Assembly (NCBI GenBank): GCA_963765205.1
Contig: CAVXVB010000008.1
Span: 384,001-448,000 of the forward strand
Length of the DNA: 64,000 nucleotides
Source of the DNA: an uncultured Verrucomicrobiae bacterium
GTDB taxonomy: Bacteria > Verrucomicrobiota > Verrucomicrobiia > Opitutales > JABDGR01
Direction: 5' to 3'
The notes beneath the pieces were generated by a model. The model saw only the letters and a list, made by a program, of their open reading frames with translations, did not search any database and was not told the DNA's origin. The translations under genes were made by a program, and so were the position numbers. Shown here one piece after another: positions 9,950 through 18,158 of this stretch (the first letter of the stretch is position 1; each line of letters starts with the position of its first letter).

Positions 9950-10464
9950 AGTTACCCTATTTGAACCGCTTTTGGGTCGAATTGTGGGTTACGGGACGGT
10001 CGCCGTCTCTGGAACCGGGGGCACGGTCTTCCAGCTTCGGTTTCTGCCCAATGCACCCCACATTCACAGCTTACTCCAAGAGTCGATTAATCAAGCCAAA
10101 ACTGGCCGGCGGTCGCCCTACCCGGCATCGCCCCTGGAACACGCAACAGGGCCAGCCTACGACGAAACCCGCTATATGCCGAAAGGGTAGTGCCTTGCTG
10201 TGCGCTTGGCGGGCCCAAAGCAGTCCCCGGACAGCGGATGCCAGGGGAGCTTGCGCCAGGGTCTGCGACGGCTCGCAACCTTTGGTTCTTTTTTCCAAAA
10301 AGAAGGGAGGCAGCAGCCCGGGGAGCGCACGGGCGGGAGGTGTAGCGCACGCGGAACACACGCACGGTAGCCGCCCCGGTCTGCGGGGTGGGTAAAAGCC
10401 CCGGCTGGCGTTTTTACAAATCAAACTGATACAGTGCCATTTCCTCTTGCATATATTTTTATAG

Positions 10465-11670
10465 ATGTATATTGAAACTTATATGTCAAGGGATGCCAAT
10501 AAGCAGTCCGATGCACAAGGGTCACGCTTACTAGCCACAGCTACGTCCTTTTTTACTGCAGCGATTCATGATTGGAAATCAGTTCGACGCGCACTCACCC
10601 TTATCACCGGCGGGGCAGCTATTTTGGTGGCATTAGTTTGGGGTATTCTCACATTGATTACACCATATATCGAAAATATCGAAAGCGTCAAAAATGTGGA
10701 GGATGGCACCAATATGGAGGTAGGGCATTACACGATTCAATTACGCAACGGACAACAAGTAACAGTCGTGTCTGTTCCGGCCATGCAGCTTGCCGTTCCT
10801 ACTGGAGTGTATTTGGACAGTGTAAACCAATTCCACATAAAAGCGGTCGGCGGCTTGGTTATGACTGTTGGCGGACTCCCCCGTATGCCCAGAAAAACAT
10901 TAGACGATACCAATTACCCCGATGTATCCAAGGATTTGCTAATTTCTGACTTGGACAGAGACTCAAACCCCGGCTGGAGAAAACCAGATGGGACACTGTA
11001 CTACGGTAAAGGCGCTATCTATGACCCGACAAAGGACGATCCGGAGCGTGCGAATCACAAACTCATTCCGGGCGCTGAATACGGATGCCTATTGGCCTTC
11101 GTCGTCCCGCGTAATACACAATACCCCGATGATGTTTTCAAGTACATGGCAAGCAATAACGTGGTTTTTCTTGAAATTGGAGATGGGGACACCATTAAAT
11201 ATGATTCAAGCAATAAAGAATATTATCTTGAAAACAAGCATTACGTTAACGGTGTCCGCATCGGACACACACTTCCCTCAAATGGAGAGATATACTTGAC
11301 CATAAACGATGTTCTCGTTAAAGATAAAAATGACATCAATCTATCACAAAAACAAAAAGATGATGCCAAACTAACACTCGAAAATCAGGCCAAAAGATTG
11401 ATAGACGACGAGGGGGAGGCCGAGATACTGGAAGCTGAATCAGACGAGGAAAAGGCCAAAACAATATCAGACGCAGAAGTGACATTGAAAGACAATTCGG
11501 AATTGGCAGTGAAGGTGACCAAAGAATTACAGTTGGACTCGAATACTACGGCAATGTATTACGAAGCTCAACGGGAGATAGTTACGAATTCACTTCGTGG
11601 ATCTTATGGAATCTGGTATCTTGATAACCGCGGCAGCTTTACCGTCTCCATTATAAAGGGGAAAGATTGA
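10465..11670 (+). CDS. Hypothetical membrane-anchored protein
   Basis: 401-aa ORF with one N-terminal TM helix; AT-rich island cargo. Confidence 0.7.
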   Translation: MYIETYMSRDANKQSDAQGSRLLATATSFFTAAIHDWKSVRRALTLITGGAAILVALVWGILTLITPYIENIESVKNVEDGTNMEVGHYTIQLRNGQQVTVVSVPAMQLAVPTGVYLDSVNQFHIKAVGGLVMTVGGLPRMPRKTLDDTNYPDVSKDLLISDLDRDSNPGWRKPDGTLYYGKGAIYDPTKDDPERANHKLIPGAEYGCLLAFVVPRNTQYPDDVFKYMASNNVVFLEIGDGDTIKYDSSNKEYYLENKHYVNGVRIGHTLPSNGEIYLTINDVLVKDKNDINLSQKQKDDAKLTLENQAKRLIDDEGEAEILEAESDEEKAKTISDAEVTLKDNSELAVKVTKELQLDSNTTAMYYEAQREIVTNSLRGSYGIWYLDNRGSFTVSIIKGKD

Positions 11671-12018
11671 AATATTTTCGATCTAAAGCCGCCTGCCAAG
11701 GCCGGCACTTACTATGAACTGTTTCGAGACAGAGTCGTTTATACCCGATTCGACGCGGCTTTGTGGTAAATTACAAAACTCCGTCCTGGGAAAATTGGAG
11801 ATTTTCTTAATTAAATTCAGACGAAAGCGGACGAAAAACTTGAAAATCCGCCAAGCAACCAGATCGTTGAAAATCCGTAAATGGGACTACTGCATTGGTG
11901 GAAGATTTCAACAACAAGAATATTTTTCAACTGAAAGCCCTGCTTGACACATTTTTGGTTTTCCTGAACTCTTGCTAAATCAAATAAAAACTTGACCTTA
12001 TAGAAAGCGGAGACACAC

Positions 12019-13089
12019 ATGAGCAAACAAATTATCTTTTGCACTGACGGCACTTGGAATAGTCCTGACTCTGACACCAATGTCTACAAGCTATACAAGG
12101 CTATCCCAATCACTTCAAATCAGGTTGCATTTTATGACGACGGCTTAGGAGCGGACGGCACTCCACTTGAAAAACTCGCAGGTGGAGCGATGGGTGAAGG
12201 AATTTTTCAGAAAATAAAAGATGGTTACACAAAAATTGCCCATGCCTATGAGCAGGGAGATGAAATATTTTTGTTTGGCTTTAGTCGAGGTGCCTTTACT
12301 GCGCGAAGCCTTGCTGGGATGATCGCCGTTTGCGGTCTGCCAACGGGATTGTTTGACGATAACTTAGTGGAGACTGCATTTCAGGCTTATCGCGACAAAG
12401 TCCAGCGTGAAGTTTTGCTGAGCAGCTTAGGTAAGTATAACCTGTTTGATGCCAAGCTCACTATGGTTGGCGTGTGGGATACGGTCGGCGCACTAGGCAT
12501 ACCGGCCCTTTGGGGAGGATGTGACCCGGCTATCTATGGTTTCTTGGACACTGGCCTGCACCCAGATGTATTGAATGCCTATCAAGCCCTATCGATTGAT
12601 GAACGTCGTCGCGAATTCCCTCCCACGCTATGGACATCTTCACCGGTTCCAGGCCAGACTATCGAACAGGTTTGGTTTTCTGGCGTACACTGCGACGTTG
12701 GAGGAGGGTATCCAGAAACTGGCTTATCGGACATTACCTTGGCTTGGATGATTGGGAAAGCTACCGCCCTTGGATTGCAAATCAACCCCAGCGTCCAGAC
12801 ACAGTATGGTCAGCCGGACGCCAAAAACGCGCTTGCTGTCCTACACACTTCATGGAGCATTTGGTGGGGATTTCCCACATGGAGATCGATTGCTACCAAT
12901 GCAGTGCTTGCTAACAGCGCTGCCATCCGTTGCCAATACGATACAACTTACCGGCCTGGCAGCTTGAGTATTCCGAGCGGCATTCTGGCTACTAATTATT
13001 CCTTAGTAACGGTGGTAAATCCGCTACCGGCGCAAGGAGCGTCGCCGGCAGCACCACCAGCATCGATGTCAAACCCGCCACCCGGCTAG
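12019..13089 (+). CDS. DUF2235 alpha/beta hydrolase (Tle1-like phospholipase family)
   Basis: FCTDGTWN, GFSRGA, VWDTVG, WFSGVHCDVGGGY motifs. Confidence 0.9.
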   Translation: MSKQIIFCTDGTWNSPDSDTNVYKLYKAIPITSNQVAFYDDGLGADGTPLEKLAGGAMGEGIFQKIKDGYTKIAHAYEQGDEIFLFGFSRGAFTARSLAGMIAVCGLPTGLFDDNLVETAFQAYRDKVQREVLLSSLGKYNLFDAKLTMVGVWDTVGALGIPALWGGCDPAIYGFLDTGLHPDVLNAYQALSIDERRREFPPTLWTSSPVPGQTIEQVWFSGVHCDVGGGYPETGLSDITLAWMIGKATALGLQINPSVQTQYGQPDAKNALAVLHTSWSIWWGFPTWRSIATNAVLANSAAIRCQYDTTYRPGSLSIPSGILATNYSLVTVVNPLPAQGASPAAPPASMSNPPPG

Positions 13090-13102
13090 CCGGATCATCG
13101 GA

Positions 13103-13286
13103 AATGTGTAACCCGAATGTGTAACCCGGTGGTCAAAAATGGGCCTATTTTAGCGGACTGATGCGGAGTCGAGTCGAAGGTACAACTTTTGCAAGTTGCT
13201 CTAGGTCATACTCAAGCGGACTCCTGCGGGATCGCGCCGAATATAGCAAATAGTATCATTTCTCATTAGAAAACCATTGCTCTATC
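13103..13286 (-). other. Relic att junction of a second element: tandem 13-bp repeat plus tRNA-Arg(TCT) fragment
   Basis: AATGTGTAACCCG twice (13103-13128); minus strand of 13266-13286 reads GATAGAGCAATGGTTTTCTAA, resembling the D-arm to anticodon loop of tRNA-Arg(UCU). Confidence 0.55.
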
Positions 13287-13342
13287 TACTCGACAAACCT
13301 GCTGCGAACGGTACTGGTTTTTGCATAATGGACTCTTAGGGC

Positions 13343-14486
13343 TTATCGGGTAACGTCAGGAAGTTTGTTCACGGCCGCACGTTTGTGCTCATCGGAAATA
13401 TGCGTGTAATGGCGGCTCACTGCAGCGCTGTCATGGCCGATAATGTCCATTGCCACAGCTTCAGAAACACCCGCGTTTTTGAGCAAGCTTGTGGCAGTAT
13501 GACGCAAGGCATGAAAAGACAGCGCAGACATTTCGTGTCGTGCGGAACCGTCCTTCCTTGTGGGCTTGATGATCTCGGCTGTCGGCTAATCCAGCCGCTG
13601 CCAACAAATCTGAAAACTCGCGGGAAAGCTGCGAGACTTTGCCTTGTGTAGTGGCGCAATCGTGCGCATGGGCAAAAACAGCCGCGGTGGGGTCGTCACC
13701 TGCATGCTTTTCCAGCCAGCGCAATAACGGAGCGGCGATGGGCACCCCCATGCGTCGCCCGGTCTTTTGGGTGGTAAAAACCACTTCCTGCTCCACAAGG
13801 TCAATTTGCTGCCACGTCATCCGTGCCAGATCGCCAAGACGCTGCCCGGTATAAAGCCCAGCCAGCACAAGGCCATGCCATTCTTCATTTGCCACGTTCA
13901 AGACGCGCTTTAGCTCTTTCATGGTGAAGGGACGGCGGGTGTTGACCTCACGGCGTTTAATCGTCGGCACAAGCGCGGCGGGATTTGTCAGGCAAGCACC
14001 TTCACGCAAAGCGTCTTGCAAGGCGCAGCGGAGGATTTTTAGCGCGGTGTTCGCTGTGGCCGGGGCGCGTCCCTTGGCCCGCGCGTCACGCCACGCCGCC
14101 ACAATCGAGGGAGTCAATTCGTCGAGGAACATCTTTTGCGCCCGGTCGCCAAGGTGAGCGGTGAAGCCCTCTGCTACCTTGCGGTAGGCGTGGGCGGTGC
14201 TGGGGCTGGTCTCCACGGCCTTACGGCTGGCCCAGCGCGCCAGATAGGCAGCAATCGGCTCGCCGGCCACGTTCTCGCCCGTGAGCTCGCGCACAACTTC
14301 GGAAATGACGCGTCGGGCCTGATTGGCGGACATCCGGCCCCGGTAGGCTGCTTCCCACGTCTCTGCGAGCTTTTGGGCCCCAGGACGGCTGGTTTGGCGG
14401 GTGCTGCGTTGGCGCTGTTTTCCGGTTGCATCCGTAAAGCAGGCAATCCAATATCGGCAGTTAGGTTTGCGAGTTAGAGAAGCCAT
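13343..14486 (-). CDS. Tyrosine recombinase/integrase (apparent +1 frameshift near 13547)
   Basis: MASLTRK..YWIACF arm-binding N-terminus; YTGQRLGD; after removing one T, FHALRH...GH...HY. Confidence 0.92.
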
Positions 14487-14488
14487 AA

Positions 14489-14511
14489 TCTTCCAATGAT
14501 TCTTCCAATGA
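14489..14511 (+). promoter_or_regulatory. Putative integrase arm-type sites (right pair)
   Basis: TCTTCCAATGA twice with 12-bp period, between the integrase start and attR. Confidence 0.65.
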
Positions 14512-14584
14512 CGTGGAGCTTTGTCAACATCATAGAGTTGTTTTCCCGCTCTAAGATAGAGACTTACGACACGCCCGGAACCAT

Positions 14585-14614
14585 TCGAGGGTTCGATTCC
14601 CTCCGCCCGCACCA
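14585..14614 (+). repeat. attR core (duplicated tRNA-Gly 3' end)
   Basis: Exact 30-bp match to 2955-2984. Confidence 0.95.
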
Positions 14615-14671
14615 CTTTCCCCCCAGTCCGCCACCGACTGACAAACTTTTTACGGTCTCTCGTCCACGCGC

Positions 14672-17600
14672 ATGAGCTACTCCCCCGAGCAATTGGATTC
14701 CTTCCGGATTTTGGGCCTCGAACCTGGCGACGCCTTCGACGAGGTCGAACGCGCCTACCAAGGCCTGATCAAGACCTGGGACCCGAACCGCTTTGGCGAT
14801 GACCAGCCGCGCCGGCGCCGGGCGGAGAAAAAGCTGCGCCAGCTGAGCCAAGCTTACGAACGGTTGAGCGCGGACCTGAAAAATGGCTCGGGGCCGTCTG
14901 AAGAAGTGGCGGCCGCCGTGGAGGTGGCCGCGCCCGAAGCGCCGCCGCCGCCGAGCACCCCGGCACGGCACTGGACGGAGAGTTGGCGCTTTCTATGGAT
15001 CGTCGCGATGGTACTGGCGCTGACTTATCTCGGCGTGGACAGTTATACGCGCTTCGTGAGCATCTGGAACACGACCAAGGGCACAGTCTCCAACTATCCA
15101 CTGCCGGAGCGGGATCTGACTTCGATTACCGGCTATGCTTTCAACCAGCATGTGCAGGTGATGCCGGCGCTGGGCACCGACGGGTATCACTGGATCATGC
15201 AAATGGAACGGATGCTGGACGGGCGGGAGGGCCTGCGGGTGCGGCATACGGACTATGACGGGCCGCCGGGCGGGCGCGAGGTGCATTGGAGTTCGTCGCT
15301 GCATTGGCTGGTGGCGGCGCTGGCGTGGGTTGATCATTTGGTGACGCACGATCCGCTGCCGGTGTCACTCGAACGGACGGAGCCGTGGGCGAACACGTTT
15401 GTCCTGCTTGTATTGATGATTGCACTGCCGATAGTGGCGATGCGGCGGTTTGGCTCGATTCCGGCCGCGATATTGGCGCTGAGCTTCATCACCACGTATC
15501 CGTATTATGAATTTTCGTTTGTGGGCTATCTGGACCACCACGGGCTGGCGGCGTCGAGTGATTTGATGATGGTCTTTTTCCTGGCGTGCGCGGGCGCGGG
15601 CTGGCTGCGCAATGAAAAACTCTCGCCGGACAAGCTTACGCCGGGGGAGCGGGCGCTCTGGCAGTGGCTGCCGGACCCGCCGGCGGCCCGGCGGTGGATG
15701 ATCGCCTCGGGCATCGCCACAGGCACGGGGCTGTGGATCAGCACGGCGTCGGTGATTCCGGCGATGTTCGGCGTGGGCTTGGGAGCGCTTGTCAGCACGG
15801 GTTACCTGGCGCGCGACCTGGCGCCCAACGAGGTTGCGTTGTTGCGCAAACAGGCTTCGTGGATGATGGCATTTTGCATCGTGGTGGGCGCCTGCGCGGG
15901 CGCGGTGGTGCTGTGGCTCAAATGGGATGTGGCAGGTGGCGCCCTCGGGGCCATTATCGGCGGGTTACTTGGCTGGCTGGCGGTGTTCTGCCTACTGCAA
16001 AGTTCGCCTGACAAAACGCCGGTGGGGCGCGCGGATCCGACACTGTGGCGCACGTGGGGCACGGCGGTGGCCTGCACGAGCATCTTTTATTACTTGCTGG
16101 AATACGCGCCGGCCCATTTCTCGATGCGACTGGAAGTAAACCACCCGCTGTATGCGCTGGCGGCGTATGGCGCGGGCGACCTGCTCTGCCGCTTCTGCTG
16201 GCTCCTGCAGGCGATCGGGCGCCGGGGTGCGGCGAATAATCTGGGGACCGTGTGGAACGAGCACCGGCTGCGCATTGGCGGTTCGCTGGCGATGGTGCTG
16301 GTGCTGCCGGTATTGGTGTTGGCGGGCGGCGAGGCGGTATTTGTCATCCGGCCGGGCTTCCTGCTGAACCTGCACACGGATTACATATTGGAATTTCGCA
16401 CGTTTTTCACGCAGATGAGCCTGCTGTCGCCGATGCAGATTGCGGGTGGCATCAGCTTCATCCCGATCACGGCGCTGCCCATGCTGTTGTTGCTGGGCGC
16501 GCCGGATTTGCAGCGGCAATGGAAGGCGGTGCTGGGCATTGCGGTGCTGCCGGCGCTGGTGCTGCTGGCCCTGGCCCTGATCCAAATCCGCTGGCTGGGG
16601 ATCAGCTGCGCGATGTGGTGCGGCGGCCTGGTCGTGGCGGCGGCGGTGACGACTTTGCCCGGCTCGGCCTTCCGCTGGCAAGCCGGGTTCCGGCGGCCCA
16701 TTGCAGTGCTGCTTTTGCTCATCACGCTGGTGCCGTTTCCGGTGTTCACGCTCTACCAGTGGATTGGGACGGACTTGAATAAACTTTCCGGCCCCACCGA
16801 GCTGGATCTGACGCAGATTGTCACCCGCGACGTGTCCCAGCGGATTCGCGCCCGGCTGGGCAGCGAACAGGGGGTGATTCTGAGCGGGCCGACGACGACG
16901 ACGTGGATGATGTATTTCGGCGGGTTCAAGGGGGTGGGGACGCTTTACTGGGAAAACATCGCGGGCCTGCGGGCCGCGGCGGCCACCTACAGTGCGCGGC
17001 CCACGTGGGAGGACGCGAAAAAGCTCATTGATGAAAACCACGTCACCCACATTTGCATTTTTTCCTGGGACGCCTTTGCGGAGGAATACGCGCGCCTGGG
17101 CGCGGGCCTGCGCAAGCCGGCGGACAGCGACATTAAAACCCAGCAGGCCCAAGCCCGGGAACTGCAGGACTCCTTTGTAGTCAAGATACTGACCCAGCAC
17201 CCGCTGCCCAACTGGCTGCGCGCCATTCCGTACCATATGCCTGATCATCCGTGGTTGCGCTTTGCCTATGTCAATCTGCTGGAGGTCGTGCCCGAGCAAA
17301 CCGAGGAGGAAGCGCATTTGCACCTCGCGGAATATGCCCTCGAGATGGGGAATGTGAATTTTCTCAATATCGCCGCCCAGGAATTGGACCAACTGCTGAA
17401 AAACAACCCGAATGATTACCCAGCCCAGATTGTCCGGGCAATGGTGATGCTATCTTCGGGCAATCCGGACCTGGCCGGGCCGGCGGCACAACTGGTCTTC
17501 AACAACCTTGCCCAGGCGGGCACGCTGGATTTGGAGGACCGGGTCTATTTGGCCATCGTGCTGCTGAACTCCGGGCATAATGACGAAGCGATCAAACAAG

Positions 17601-18158
17601 CCGCCGCCTGCGTGGCGATGGCCGATGAAAAGAGCATGCGGCATTTGGTGCCCGAACGGCTGGCGGTCGCGCTACAAATGGCGGCAAGCCTGCCAGCCGG
17701 CTCCTACCCGCAGGCGACTTTTGACCTGGGCTTGAGTCTGTTACCCACGCCTTTACGCGTGCAGGTTATCGCCGAGCAGGCAGCCGTCGCCGCGCCGAAG
17801 AACCCTGCGCAGGCGGTGGCCCTCTACCGCCAGGCCCTGGTCCTGGCAGCCGGAGTTTACGACGGCGCAGAATGGCCTGATTCTGCTGCTGTCCACGAGC
17901 GCGGATGCGTCGGTGCGCAACGGCGCGGAAGCGGTTAAAATCGCGGAGGCGGAGGCGAAGACGTCCCATCTGCAAAACGCCGACAGCCTGGAGTTAATGT
18001 CCTGCGCCTATGCGGAAGCGGGCCGCTGGGACGATGCGATTTTCTATGGGAACATGGCGCTGCAATTCCTGAAGAATGCAAAGAACACGGAGGCGGCGGC
18101 CCAATGGAATGACAAGCTGCAACTGATTATCGGCCACCACCCCTTCCATATGTCATGA
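14672..18158 (+). CDS. J-domain + STT3/AglB-like polytopic membrane domain + TPR protein (apparent +1 frameshift near 17842)
   Basis: N-terminal J-like helices (WDPNRF); DGYHW, VHWSS and GYLDHH motifs; many TM helices; removing one C joins the TPR tail SVRNGAEAVKIAE...AYAEAGRWDDA. Confidence 0.65.

Larger units (their letters stand above)
9008..10393 (+). repeat. Direct repeat of about 186 bp (9008-9193 and 10209-10393)
   Basis: GCGGGCCCAAAGCAGTCCCCGG...CCCCGGTCTGCGGGGTGGGT; about 20 differences by hand alignment. Confidence 0.92.
2985..14614. mobile_element. Integrative element at tRNA-Gly (tyrosine integrase plus rolling-circle replication module and cargo)
   Basis: Bounded by a 30-bp direct repeat of the tRNA 3' end; integrase next to attR; cargo visibly AT-richer than the flanks. 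Confidence 0.92.

Noticed and set aside
10150..10195. Hammerhead ribozyme or c-di-GMP riboswitch
   Set aside because: GAAAC and GAAAGG are present, but there is no CUGANGA core or GEMM architecture
14585..14614. Second tRNA-Gly gene
   Set aside because: Only the 3' 30 nt are present; this is attR
2985..14614. Complete inovirus prophage or ICE
   Set aside because: No Zot/pI ATPase, coat proteins, VirB4, coupling protein or MOB relaxase recognised
14564..14615. Extended integrase start at 14615
   Set aside because: Runs through attR; the MASL start at 14486 fits the family
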